Virus record (IMG/VR): IMGVR_UViG_3300020049_008087 | Span: 1 to 64,000 of that record | DNA from: a virus | Taxonomy: Duplodnaviria; Caudoviricetes | Strand: one strand, 5' to 3' | Length of the DNA: 64,000 nt | Part shown: piece by piece, positions 45,621 to 56,565 of the stretch | Position numbering within the stretch: the stretch's first letter is position 1 | Layout of the letters: each line of letters opens with the position of its first letter | The notes under the pieces: model-generated | Seen by the model: the letters and a program-made list of their open reading frames with translations, nothing else | The model's database searches: none | What the model was told of the DNA's origin: nothing | Position numbers and translations under genes: made by a program

Positions 45621-48600
45621 TTAGCCGAATATAAGCATATAAAATGGAACGTATTTTTCAGTGTATATCATTATGTCTAAGTGTATTGATCCGGAAAAAT
45701 CCCAATCAGTTCCCCGCTCACCCAAATTTCTACGACACCACTTGATGTGTTCAACTGATTCCTTGGCTGAGTTTAACATAAGCCTGTGATGGTGTATTAC
45801 GCGCCTGCTCATAGATATCGTAGTATAAACATTGTTTTCTTTTGTTCGTCAAAAAAGTCAAGTGACACCGTGTGCGTGAATCCAGTTTTCACATGCCAGC
45901 TGGGTTCATGATTACGCACAGTAAATCCCAGTACCCGTTTCATTGTGTTCCTCACCAGAAACACTGAGGGGTTATCCGGGTAGTCTTGTTTTAGCTGCGC
46001 CAGTATTTTGCGCCACTGATTTTCTGGTAATGTGATCATGGATATTTTGTTTTGATGTCCATTTCAAATATTCCCCAACCCAGTTTAGTTTCAGGAGTAT
46101 TTTTGTTATATCTAATCCATATGTAACCATCATCACAGAATCGAAATTGCCATTTTACATAACTTTCGCTGTATAATCTTTTCTTCATATCATACAGATA
46201 CTTGGCAGGGGTGTGAGTTGGCTTCCACGAATCACCGCTTACTTTTTCAGTTAGCACATGAATCAGATATTCTTTCTCTAACCCATCTTTGGTGATTGGA
46301 GTAAAGTATGCTCTGTCATACAGCGAATAGTGTCCACCTGACTTCATTGGGACCGGCTGGAGCTCCTTAATGAAATCATATTCACGCATGATGATTTTTC
46401 TACTCAACAACAGTGTCATAGCCACACCAGTCTAAACATAAGTGCATCTTTGGCGTTGGCAAAGTACCATATAGTATCGCCAAATTTATAACGCAGGCAC
46501 CAAGTGGCAGAGTTGCTCACTTGATCCAGTTCACGGGCTGATTGACCAAAGCGGTTGTAGCACCATTTTTCCATAGCATATATTTTATAATACTCCAGCT
46601 TTGGCATTGTTACTTGTTCAGCTATCATAGCCACATCAACGCAAACATTATAGCATCGTTCTCATTTTTAAAATACCATTGATATCGTTTTTCTGGGCCG
46701 CGCCAAAAGCAAGTCCACTCACCAGTTCTGGCAAGTACGCTCCATCTTGGACCAATATAACTAATGCACCATTTTTGGGCATCGTAGTTTGGTTGGATAG
46801 CGTTAACAGTATAGGGTAATTCTTTCATGACCAGTTCAATGCTGCTATTGTAGCATACTTTGCATACTTTTGCCTAATCTTTATGGTCAATCTATTCTCA
46901 GTAACATCCTCGCCACCCATGCCCCATTGCCAATTCCAACTTTGTTTCCCCACATGTTTTTCTAACCACGGACGATAATGATCGTTAGGGTCAGCACTAA
47001 AACCTAAATTTACCCACACAGCACCACCCATGTCACGCCAACGTGGATCACTGTGATCTACCACAATGTCTCCTCTTGGCCATGCCACATTGATCACCGC
47101 ACCGGGCATGAATCGCCACCAGAGTTTATCAACGATGTTTAAACCACAGGGCATGTAATGGTCGCCATACTTTCCTTTGAACTTAAAGATTGCGTTTATT
47201 TCAAGTTTACTCATAACCACCTCAACAACCAAAGCATAATTTCGTCACGATTGACAAATCCCCACCACTCCTCGTCATCACTGGCGCTGTAACAACTTAC
47301 GCCGCTGGGACAATGCCGTTTACACCAGGCCCAAAATTGTTGTTGATTTGCACTGTACAGTGACAATCGTATTGGTTTGATACATATGAACCACTGCGAT
47401 TCAGGGCCATAGGCTCTTTCATAAGCCCATAGACCACTGTCAGCATCACCTAAACCAGGCTTCACTGTGTTCCAATGTTCAGCAAATTGATTGCGGGTCA
47501 CTATGGTCACAACCACCTCAGGGCAAACATGGTAGCGTCTTGGTGACGAGAAAAGTAATAAACTCTATTGTCAGGATTTTTAGTGTCAGCACCACCCCAA
47601 TCCCAATTGTGTTCATCTACGTTATCCAGCAACCATATCTGCAGATTACGTAAATGCTCGTATCTATACCAAGGCACACTGACAGGAATATTACACCAAT
47701 CGGCTTTCATTGCCACCTCAGCATAAAAACCATAGCGTCTTTGCCTTCGCTAAAAAAGTAATCAATAAGAACACCTTGCCCAGATTCGTTTGTATTTTTA
47801 TGAACATCGTTAGTAATATAACTTGGGCAGTGTTCCTTGGCCCAGGTCAACGGCTCCCAAAATGGATCGTAGGGTACAGTAACTCTCATGACCACCTCAA
47901 TATAAACAAAGTGCGGTCGCTTTCATATTTGAAATAGTATTTGTTATTGCTGGCCTGCCAACGACCAGTTCCCCACTCAGTTAAATTCTTGGCGCCAAAG
48001 GTTTGTTCTACCCAAGCAAATATTTCTATGTTGCGAGCCATGACATCATGATAGTCCTCTATGTCAGTAAACCGTAGTTTACTGGGGTTTTCCACCCAAT
48101 AGGCATAATCAGAGTTATCATAAAAACCAACTTTCATACAATGCTATAACCATCTCAGTGAAAACAATATGGCATCCTGTTCATTCTGAAAATAAAAATC
48201 CATATATTCACTTGTGGCTTTGGTGGCGAACCTATGACCTGGTAATCCAAAATTCTCTATAGCCCAGATGCAAGTGTCATTCCAATACTCTTGTTCCTTG
48301 TCATGGTCAGCATCATTGTCCCACTTGATGTGAACCACATATTCATCGTTGCTTTTTTTTATCACACTCATGTTATAGCCAAGTGAGTGCAAATAGTGTG
48401 TATGCTTCTGGTGTCATATATATTCTCTTAAGACCGTCCACTGAGTGCCAGGCCCATTTGGCAGTGCAGTATTCATCAAGTTGTAGTGCAAATTCTCTTT
48501 CCATTCCAGGTCCCAGTGAATCATGGAACCACTGCCTAAATTTAATATAAGACTTGATCTTTGCATTGAACGAAGGGAATCCACGCGGTGACTGTACCAC

Positions 48601-49107
48601 ATAATGGCTAAACATACCAATGCCGGTATGCCTGTTGTCCATCTTGGTAACTTTTAATTCTTTGCCGGTCATGTCAACTCCACCTCAATGCAGTTACCAT
48701 GATATCGTTGGGAGCATTTTTCCAAATTCTTACGCCGTGGTCGATTGTAGATTCTGTATAATCTTTACCGGAACAGGTTTCTTCGTGGGATTGGGTACAC
48801 CAAAACCAAGTAACTTCTTCTTCAGGTTTACCAAATTTTTCAATCATCCAATCACATATTTGCTTGAATTCTTTATAGTATGTACGCTCATTAATAGAAA
48901 TCCTTACGCTCATTATGACCACCTCAATATAAACCAACTTTTCTTTTTGTCATCATCAAATATAAACTCTGAAATAGCGGCATTGAATACTGCACCGTGT
49001 TCCTTTTTTAACCAAGTCTCAATGCCCATGCATTTGGTTTCAATTTCCCAATGTATATTATCATAGTAGTAATCACAAATTTTATGCCAGGTGTCAGAAT
49101 GATTCAT
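45621..49107 (-). repeat. tandem array of about 13 F-x-L-R-W family mini-genes
   Basis: ORFs 45621-45812, 45809-46039, 46416-46628, 46625-46828, 46825-47214, 47211-47510, 47507-47710, 47707-47889, 47886-48137, 48144-48371, 48373-48672, 48674-48913, 48913-49107; most share W-C/W-x-x-E and F-x-x-E-x-D-A-x-x-F-x-L-x-W; junctions (TT)GAGGTGG...ATG. Confidence 0.8.
46036..46419 (-). CDS. hypothetical protein inserted in the LRW array
   Basis: lacks the family C-terminus. Confidence 0.5.
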   Translation of the reverse strand: MTLLLSRKIIMREYDFIKELQPVPMKSGGHYSLYDRAYFTPITKDGLEKEYLIHVLTEKVSGDSWKPTHTPAKYLYDMKKRLYSESYVKWQFRFCDDGYIWIRYNKNTPETKLGWGIFEMDIKTKYP

Positions 49108-49337
49108 CGTGTTAGCTCGTCCAATACCAGTTGCTTAGCACGTTCATCAAGGAACCGTTCTTCCGCCTCAGCGATGTCTCTTGCCTGATTTTCTATCCAC
49201 TCTACAATTTCTTCCCTACCCTTTGCAGTAAACTTACTGTACTCTTTGCCTATTGAACTGGTGTAGTATATGTTGGGATTTTTGAGTAACTCGGTTAGTC
49301 CACCGTAGAATGCATCCTTTAGTGTATCTCTGCGCAT
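49104..49337 (-). CDS. hypothetical protein
   Basis: AGGA SD. Confidence 0.5.
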   Translation of the reverse strand: MRRDTLKDAFYGGLTELLKNPNIYYTSSIGKEYSKFTAKGREEIVEWIENQARDIAEAEERFLDERAKQLVLDELTR

Positions 49338-49348
49338 CTGAGTATATC

Positions 49349-50356
49349 CTATTTTGAATTTGTTAAGCAACCTACGTAAGGCGAGTTTAACCATTTTGCA
49401 TATGTCTCCGCTTGTTCACTGATTTTAGTAAGTTCATATTTGCCACACAGTTTCATAAAGTGCATGCCCACTTGTGTGGTAGAGGTAGTGCGTACTCCAT
49501 TAATAATAGCATCATCAACCAATTGCTTGATTTCATCAGGCTGTGCGGTCAAGTCAATCAGTATGCGATTGCGCTCATAATCATCCTTAACACGATGCTC
49601 TACGCCATGGTGATCTGTCCACTTTTGCAGCATGACATTGTTCCAATTAAATCCTTGTTTGGTACGATCAGCATAGGCCTCAGTCAAGCCAACTTTATTC
49701 TTGGTACCTTTCTCACGTACTCCCGGATATGCACTGAACACATTGTCACTACTGTCACCACGCATACATTTCATAAACAAGTGCCACTGAGGATCACCCA
49801 ACAGCTTGGGCTCCTTAGTTTTCTTGTCAATGACTAATTTGCCTTTATCGTCAAAGTAGCCCTGGGGTGTGATAAGTTGGTTGGAGATGCCATTATATTG
49901 GAAGACATTATCAGATATAAGCTGGATGTAATCAGTGTCGCTACTAATAATATAAATTTGATCATTGGGATGTAAGTGTACAAATCTGCCGATGACATCA
50001 TCGGCTTCTGCTCGTTCTTGTCTAAGGACGCTGCAATTGGTTTTTTCTTTGAGATAGGTAATGAACATATCATACGTTTCCCAAAACATAGTATTTTCTT
50101 CAACCTCAGCTTGGGTCTGAGATTGTTCGTCAACTATGCGATTTTTCTTGTAGGGCAAATAGTGGTCCTTGCGCCATGACCTACCCTCGGTGCAGAACAC
50201 CACATGGTCAACTCCAAACTTTCTTACAATTTGATTGACACTGGCAAATGTCAAGTGCAATGCCATGCCAATCTTTTCCCAAGTGTCAGTGTTGCGACTG
50301 GCCACATGCCGGGCACGAAAGAAAGTGTTTGCTGTGTCAATGAGTGCGTATTTCAT
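49349..50356 (-). CDS. rnh: T4-type RNase H / 5'-3' exonuclease
   Basis: LIDTAN, EADDVI, SSDTDYIQL, GDSSDNV. Confidence 0.88.
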   Translation of the reverse strand: MKYALIDTANTFFRARHVASRNTDTWEKIGMALHLTFASVNQIVRKFGVDHVVFCTEGRSWRKDHYLPYKKNRIVDEQSQTQAEVEENTMFWETYDMFITYLKEKTNCSVLRQERAEADDVIGRFVHLHPNDQIYIISSDTDYIQLISDNVFQYNGISNQLITPQGYFDDKGKLVIDKKTKEPKLLGDPQWHLFMKCMRGDSSDNVFSAYPGVREKGTKNKVGLTEAYADRTKQGFNWNNVMLQKWTDHHGVEHRVKDDYERNRILIDLTAQPDEIKQLVDDAIINGVRTTSTTQVGMHFMKLCGKYELTKISEQAETYAKWLNSPYVGCLTNSK

Positions 50357-50408
50357 GTGATCCTAAATTATTAGTAGGTGTATATTATAGCATTAATTTT
50401 ACTAATTG

Positions 50409-50675
50409 TCAAGCCTTGTATGATTGATAACTGCGGATTTTGCTTTGACGATCAGTGTGATTAGTTTTAAACTTGACATCATAGCCCAGCTTAGTGAGTG
50501 AACTTATCAATGTGCTAAGATCGCAATCTTCTTCCAAAAACGCATTGACACCCTTTTGATACGAATAAGAAGATATCTGATTAGCAATGCCCAGTTTGGT
50601 TAGGCGTGCTTTTGGAAACCGAGCCCAACCGTGACCAGGATCTTCAAAAATTTGCAGAGTTATTGTACGGTTCAT
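50409..50675 (-). CDS. early hypothetical protein
   Basis: DPGHGW...LEEDCD; TTGACA-17-TATAAT at 50705-50733. Confidence 0.6.
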   Translation of the reverse strand: MNRTITLQIFEDPGHGWARFPKARLTKLGIANQISSYSYQKGVNAFLEEDCDLSTLISSLTKLGYDVKFKTNHTDRQSKIRSYQSYKA

Positions 50676-50735
50676 TTCGGCTCCTTATTGTTTACGATGC
50701 ACATATTATAGCACCATTTGGATTTGGTGTCAATA

Positions 50736-50939
50736 CTAAAATGCTTCGCACATGTTGGGAAATTTTCCTGTTTCTTCAAGTATACGCACAGCACGAAATC
50801 CTGCCCACAGTGCATCAGCTTCGGTGGGAAACACGTAGGCGGATTCAAACTCCCCAGACTTATTTTGCATTTCTAACAACACAGACCATTTATCTCTTGT
50901 TGGGCTATATTTTGCATCAGAAACTTTTGCTTTAGACAT
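50736..50939 (-). CDS. early hypothetical protein
   Basis: follows the promoter cassette. Confidence 0.55.
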   Translation of the reverse strand: MSKAKVSDAKYSPTRDKWSVLLEMQNKSGEFESAYVFPTEADALWAGFRAVRILEETGKFPNMCEAF

Positions 50940-50945
50940 TGTGTT

Positions 50946-50999
50946 CTCCTTTTTCAGTGTATGTGTACATTATACACCCAAAAGGAATTACTGTCAACC
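50946..50999 (-). promoter_or_regulatory. early promoter cassette (copy 5)
   Basis: TTGACA-17-TATAAT-GTACACATACACTGAAAAAGGAG. Confidence 0.85.
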
Positions 51000-51028
51000 G
51001 AAAAATGTTGCTAAAAAACAACATATAA

Positions 51029-51610
51029 CTACGAAAAATTACTATCCCAAACTGTTTTTGGTGTGTGTCCGTTTCTGTAGTGTTTGGACCGTGAGGGGTC
51101 TTGCACGTTGAGATAGGGCAAACGCCCCTTCTTGTCTTTGTATTGCATTGCCAATGTGCCTTCTGCCCATCCTGTGGCCTTAGGTTCGTCTGAGGGTAAA
51201 ATGTCTGCTGCTATCATTCTCTTAGATACATCCCAAACTGCTATTACAATGGAATTTTTATCAATGGCTGCTGGTATTTGTTTTCGCGGAATTAGAAAAT
51301 TAGCTATTCCCATCCAAAAATCTGAACCGTTTGAACTTCTCACTGGTTCTTCTTGCCAGCCCGGCATCCATGCCAGTTGCCGAGTAATTCTTTCTCCAAC
51401 CTGATATTCTCTGGTTTCCCCAAGTGAAGGAGAACTCATGCCCACTTTTAAGAAATCATAAGTTATAGGGGAGTCTTTAAAACACATACCATATACATAC
51501 GAGTTTTTTATTTTATTAGACCGCATGAGGGTGTATATGTCTTTGCAATTCCTAATGGAACTACAATCGATTGCAAAATCAGGGTTATATAACTTGATAT
51601 CATCAAACAT
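51029..51610 (-). CDS. hypothetical protein (possible GIY-YIG-like)
   Basis: YVYGM...LKVGMS...GERI.RQ. Confidence 0.4.
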   Translation of the reverse strand: MFDDIKLYNPDFAIDCSSIRNCKDIYTLMRSNKIKNSYVYGMCFKDSPITYDFLKVGMSSPSLGETREYQVGERITRQLAWMPGWQEEPVRSSNGSDFWMGIANFLIPRKQIPAAIDKNSIVIAVWDVSKRMIAADILPSDEPKATGWAEGTLAMQYKDKKGRLPYLNVQDPSRSKHYRNGHTPKTVWDSNFS

Positions 51611-52039
51611 TTAACTTACCTCCGTACGGCCGCCACCGATATCTCTTGTAGATATGGGACGGATGAATTCACGATTGGCAGGATCGGCCTGTTCTTGCTC
51701 ATACACTTCCAGTGCTATGTTGCGACACACTGTTTGGAACCAACGGTCAATGATCACATTGTCCTTGTCATCCTCTTTTAGTTTATATCCAGCCTTGATT
51801 AAATTGAGTAGAAACTTATCATTCCAATCCAATTCAAACGCACCATTGTTGATATTGTTTGGATCAATGTCTACTCTGAGTATTGACACATATGGTTCGC
51901 CAGCAGCAGTGGCCTTGTCTTTTTCAGACGGCTCTGCCTTTTCTTGCTTGACCTTAACTCGCTTGACAACAGGTGCTGCCTCTTTAACTGGATCAGAGTT
52001 AGTCTTCTTTGAAAACAAGTTTTTTAGTTTGTTCAACAT
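51611..52039 (-). CDS. conserved phage hypothetical protein
   Basis: GAFELDWND.F...L...GY. Confidence 0.55.
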   Translation of the reverse strand: MLNKLKNLFSKKTNSDPVKEAAPVVKRVKVKQEKAEPSEKDKATAAGEPYVSILRVDIDPNNINNGAFELDWNDKFLLNLIKAGYKLKEDDKDNVIIDRWFQTVCRNIALEVYEQEQADPANREFIRPISTRDIGGGRTEVS

Positions 52040-53066
52040 TAGTTTTTACCTTATTTAAGTATGTATCATGCAAAGTAAAGCTGGCAAGATTTTTACCTTT
52101 GCTCTCGCACATTATATCAAATTGATCATTGAATGTCAATGCCCAATCGTTAACTGCATCATTCCAGTAAAAATTACTGTGTGCCCTAAGCTTCTGTTTC
52201 TTGTGACCTTCCAGTAACAATTGATCCAGATTGGGCATATGTGCAGCAGAGTGCCCAACTAGTATATCCTCATGACTGGTCGAGAAGTGCATAGTGGGTC
52301 GGACACCACGCCATGAATCAATCACACGTTTACATCTATCGTCGGTGGCTTGAATGTACTCTCCTGTACGGACCCAGTGATGGTGTATGTCGAGGACGAG
52401 GGCACAATGACTGGCGAGTTCAAGGCTGGATTCAATTCCCCAGGAGTTTTCGTCGTTTTCGATTGTGATGCAGTTTCTTGCTTCGGGGCTGAGTCTTGGG
52501 ATAACGTCGATGATTCCCTGAGGCCCTTGTTTTCCACTGATGTGAACATTGATTTTAAAATCTTGGAATTGCTCACCATATCCCATGTATCTTGCCATGT
52601 CTGCATGATATTCAAACTCCTCTATTGATCGTTCAACAATATTTTGATTGACACTGGCCAACACTGTAAATTGACCTGGGTGCATACTAAGTCTAACATC
52701 ATTTGCTCTGGCTGATTCACCAACCAGAGCAAACAGGTGTTCCATTCTGTTTACTACGTCGGCCTGTTTCCAAAAATCATTAAATTCAGGCACGGTATAG
52801 AAACTCAGTATGTCGCTGCTAAGACGAACCATTCTGAGTTCAGGTGCAAGCGTACCAACTAGATTCACCAGGTTCAGTGTGTTGGTAATATTGCGTTCCA
52901 TTATGTCATATATCTTTTGCTCGGCCACAGCACGTGTTTGTCGTTTAGCCCAAGTGAGTGTGGTGCCACCAGTGTTGAGTCCTTCACTGCTGACTACCTC
53001 GTTCTTGTGATTTACTTCTGCCCATTTACAAGCAAAGCCTATGCGTTTGATATTTTGATTGGTCAT
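51999..53066 (-). CDS. uvdE: UV-damage endonuclease
   Basis: RIGFAC, RLSSD, LSMHPGQF, INVH, IEND, LDIHH, DIMCESK. Confidence 0.9.
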   Translation of the reverse strand: MTNQNIKRIGFACKWAEVNHKNEVVSSEGLNTGGTTLTWAKRQTRAVAEQKIYDIMERNITNTLNLVNLVGTLAPELRMVRLSSDILSFYTVPEFNDFWKQADVVNRMEHLFALVGESARANDVRLSMHPGQFTVLASVNQNIVERSIEEFEYHADMARYMGYGEQFQDFKINVHISGKQGPQGIIDVIPRLSPEARNCITIENDENSWGIESSLELASHCALVLDIHHHWVRTGEYIQATDDRCKRVIDSWRGVRPTMHFSTSHEDILVGHSAAHMPNLDQLLLEGHKKQKLRAHSNFYWNDAVNDWALTFNDQFDIMCESKGKNLASFTLHDTYLNKVKTNVEQTKKLVFKED

Positions 53067-53109
53067 GTGTTGTGTCAAAGTGGTTATCGTGTAGCATTGT
53101 ATCATACTA

Positions 53110-53334
53110 TCAATTTATTGTCAACTCTATCCAAACAAGATATTTTGGGTCATCCGTTTCCAAGTGCCACGCACCATCGTACAAATATACTCTCCAACCC
53201 ACACCACCAAACTGGTTGTGTAACCAATATTTTCTGGGTGAAATGTTATCCTCACACCAATGCTTAACCTCGTGTATGTTGTTTTTGTTGGATAATTTTA
53301 TGCTGGCTTTGTTTGGTGTTACTGGTATTATCAA
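53110..53334 (-). CDS. W-C family mini-protein (LRW-family related)
   Basis: EVKHWCEDN...ETDDPKYLVWIELT. Confidence 0.5.
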   Translation of the reverse strand: MIIPVTPNKASIKLSNKNNIHEVKHWCEDNISPRKYWLHNQFGGVGWRVYLYDGAWHLETDDPKYLVWIELTIN

Positions 53335-53341
53335 TGGAGAC

Positions 53342-54439
53342 CTAACTGTTTAGATTGGTTAGTACACCTCTTGCACTAAAGAAGCGTTCAGCTAAGTCCT
53401 GCGCTTGCCTGCCAATGCTGGGCAAGCTGGTGTGATAATTGTCCATGTGCTGAATAATCTCCATACACAGGCTACGACGATATACAGTATACGCCTCCCA
53501 GCTTTCAGTCCATTCACTGGGATACTTGAAAGCGCCCCAGTACATTTCTGTATAGCTGAGTCTGTCTGGCACCATGGGAATTGCATCAACCACTGCACCC
53601 TCATAGCAACTGATACCCAGTGTCTCCTGCAAGTTGGCACTGAACACCATCTTTGCTTGACCTAACAGTGTATGATACTCATGCTTGGTTAACTGTTGGT
53701 CTTGACATACTACAAATTCATATTGTGGCAGAGATATTGCCAAGTCTCGGAATATTTCAACTTGCTTCTCTGGTGCAATTCTGTGAGGGAACAAGATCAG
53801 GTCACGCTTGGGCATACCCTTGTAGTCAGCCAGTGTATCCTGTGTGTATTCCATGGGCCAACCAGTGCGTACAATCTTGCCGCTATCATATCGCTCTTGC
53901 CAGTCTTGATGCCACCAGGGATTCTCACTTGTGTAGCCATCATTGAGCAATTGTTTCATAAACAAGTGAACGTGAAATTCTGTGGCAAAGTAGTTGTGAT
54001 CAAATGCATGGTAGAAACTTTTCTCAGCATGTCTGACCCAGGGCTTCTTACCAACCAATCTACCCAAGAAATCTTGTGGGTCATAACTGCCGGCATGCCA
54101 TAAGCCATGTGTAATTACTGGGATACCCAACAACTCACTCATATACTTCAAGTTTATGATACCAGGATGCCAAGCATCAGTAAACAAGAAATGATCACCA
54201 GGCTTGACCGTTCCCTCACAAAACAGTCTGCTCATTTGTTCAACTTGACTGGCCTTGTATATGTTGGTGCCGCCAAAGTTAAGGAAAGCACCAGGAGTAG
54301 TGGCAGTGGGTATATCAGTGGGACCAGATATAACATGAACCGCGTGTCCATTATCCTTGAGCAATTTCGGCACATGGCTTTTCCATTCGCCTGTGTATCG
54401 GCTGTCAACTGCCTCTAGATCAACTAAGAATATTGTCAT
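53342..54439 (-). CDS. GT-B glycosyltransferase
   Basis: ILFPHRIAPEKQ...ETLGISCYEG...VPDRLSY (E-x7-E). Confidence 0.75.
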   Translation of the reverse strand: MTIFLVDLEAVDSRYTGEWKSHVPKLLKDNGHAVHVISGPTDIPTATTPGAFLNFGGTNIYKASQVEQMSRLFCEGTVKPGDHFLFTDAWHPGIINLKYMSELLGIPVITHGLWHAGSYDPQDFLGRLVGKKPWVRHAEKSFYHAFDHNYFATEFHVHLFMKQLLNDGYTSENPWWHQDWQERYDSGKIVRTGWPMEYTQDTLADYKGMPKRDLILFPHRIAPEKQVEIFRDLAISLPQYEFVVCQDQQLTKHEYHTLLGQAKMVFSANLQETLGISCYEGAVVDAIPMVPDRLSYTEMYWGAFKYPSEWTESWEAYTVYRRSLCMEIIQHMDNYHTSLPSIGRQAQDLAERFFSARGVLTNLNS

Positions 54440-54591
54440 TGATTGTTATCCAACAGTTGTGTTGCGCAATTCCATATACGCCTCAATTGATTTGATCAGT
54501 TCTAATAAACTGGGTTCTGGATTGTACATTGCACGTTTTCTAAGATAGGGTAACGACTGCTCCAGTAGCTGTGCAGTTAGTTCTAGTTCTC

Positions 54592-54846
54592 TCATCTGGG
54601 GTTTCCTTTTAAAATTTCAGTCAAGTGCTCCTGCTGTGTACGCCATCTGGCTTCAACTACCGGTTCACTGGGAATGCCAAACCATGTGGTGCTGCCACGA
54701 TATGCCTTGGTGAGCCAAATAATTTTGTTAGTCACATCTGATCTAACTGGTAACCAACAAAAGGTCAATTTCCAATATGCTCTAGCATAAAATTCCTTGT
54801 CTTTGGTCATCTCAATCCAATCGTAGGACCAATTGGTGCCCATCAT
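54592..54846 (-). CDS. hypothetical protein
   Basis: coupled ORF. Confidence 0.5.
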   Translation of the reverse strand: MMGTNWSYDWIEMTKDKEFYARAYWKLTFCWLPVRSDVTNKIIWLTKAYRGSTTWFGIPSEPVVEARWRTQQEHLTEILKGNPR

Positions 54847-55685
54847 GTGCCCCAGTGGTTTTTGAACAGTGGCACCTGAAGTCTATCACTGTAACGCCAG
54901 CCTTTTTGCATTGCCAATTCTGCCACCTTACGATTGTTCAAACAGTATACGCTTTCTACTCCACCAACAGGCATCAAGTACACATATCCCTTGAATCCTG
55001 CCGCACGATATTCTGCTACTGCCAGTTCTGCTTCTTCAACGTCTGCTTGATTGGCCACTACGAATTTAAGATAGGTGTTACCAAACCATTCGTACATGTC
55101 AACTATCCCTGGTACGATAGCATCAGACCAGGCCTCACCCGACACTGACAGCTTGGGAGAAACTGAAAATGTAAGATTGTTTTTTCTAGTTGATGTCCAA
55201 TTTCTGTACAAGTATTTTCTAAAGTCCTCAGATAATTCTTGAGTGCCATTTGTTTCAAATGTAAGTTCAGCCAGATTCTTCATCTTATCATGGTTCAACA
55301 AGTCAGGATAACTGCGCTGCCAACCCAACAAAGGCTCACCACCTGTGATAACTAGATGTTCATCACGCCATTCTTTATGTGGCAACATGTCTATAATACG
55401 CTCTGCAATAGCATCTGATTCAACCACAGGACTCAAATCTTTGAATCGTGGATCCCAGCTGGCATAACTATCACAGCCAGTTGATACCAGTGGTAACGAA
55501 TTGTATGACGTATAGTTCTCTGGAGTGATGTACACTGCCTCTGTGCTCTTTTCACCTTTGGGCATACCAAAACCACTACAAGTAAAGTTACAACCAAATG
55601 TGCGAAGGAACACACTGGGAACTCCCATGTATCTGCCCTCACCCTGAATACTATAGAACAGTTCTGCTACTTTAATTTTACTCAT
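54843..55685 (-). CDS. queE: 7-carboxy-7-deazaguanine synthase (radical SAM)
   Basis: FYSIQGEG...FLRTFGCNFTC...GCDS, ITGGEPLL, ETNGT, SPKLS, RLQV. Confidence 0.9.
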   Translation of the reverse strand: MSKIKVAELFYSIQGEGRYMGVPSVFLRTFGCNFTCSGFGMPKGEKSTEAVYITPENYTSYNSLPLVSTGCDSYASWDPRFKDLSPVVESDAIAERIIDMLPHKEWRDEHLVITGGEPLLGWQRSYPDLLNHDKMKNLAELTFETNGTQELSEDFRKYLYRNWTSTRKNNLTFSVSPKLSVSGEAWSDAIVPGIVDMYEWFGNTYLKFVVANQADVEEAELAVAEYRAAGFKGYVYLMPVGGVESVYCLNNRKVAELAMQKGWRYSDRLQVPLFKNHWGT

Positions 55686-56565
55686 TTTTTGTTTTTCCTT
55701 TAAGACCTTTATTCCAAGGTATTTTTCCTTTGCTAGATGCACTAATTTTTTTCTTAGTATCGTCTGAAAGTGGCTTTCTTTTCCCTTTCCTAGATTCACT
55801 CATTTTTTTCTTAGTTTCTTCAGAGTGTTTCCATCCTAACCTACTAAATTTTTCTTTTTGATATTCAGTTAATCTTTTACCACAATGTGCTTCACTGATT
55901 TTTCTGTTGTGTTCTTCTGAGTTAGGTTTTCCTTTCCTAAACACACTCATTTTTTGTTTAGCCTCTTCAGTATGGTTTTTACCACGCATTGACCCACCGT
56001 GTTCTTTTATATGAAGAACTATTTTTTCTCGTTGTTCTTCGGTCCATTTGTGCCCGGACTTTCCTTTCCTAGCTAGACTTGAATTTTTTCTATGTTCTTC
56101 GGTTTGTTTCCTGCCTTTCATAGCGATGCTCATTTTTTTCCGTTGCTGCTCGGAAGGAACTCTTCCGGTCATTGCCTCTGCTTGTATTTTCACGACTTCA
56201 GGTTTAATTTTTTCGTATACTCTGCTTGTTATAGCTGTGGAATATCTTTTTTGATTATCATGATTTATTGCTTTCATAAAACTTAATGCTCTATACATCT
56301 TGCTACGAAATACACCAAATGGAAGCATTTTCACTAGCAACCAATGGCATATAAAATGTTCTCTTGCAGTAAGTTTTACGATATTTATTTTCTTATTGCT
56401 ACCACCAAAACTTCTAGGAAAAATATGATGTTTTTCATAATAAGTGTCTTCCGGTAATGATCTTGTTTGGGCGCGAACAACAAGTTGTTCATACCATCTA
56501 CTATACTTACTTTCAGTGAAATCCTGAATACTATAGAACAGTTCTGCTACTTTAATTTTACTCAT
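55643..56565. repeat. 43-bp perfect direct repeat (queE codons 1-14) flanking an HNH gene
   Basis: 55643-55685 identical to 56523-56565. Confidence 0.95.
55678..56565 (-). mobile_element. HNH homing endonuclease with NUMOD3 repeats, N-terminus borrowed from queE
   Basis: YEKHHIFPRSFGG.N...LTAREHFICHWLL; repeated H-T/S-E-E-x-K-x-K-M-S. Confidence 0.85.

Noticed and set aside
55678-56565. Group I intron in queE
   Set aside because: The duplication regenerates an intact queE, the insert is entirely coding, and no intron core is evident.
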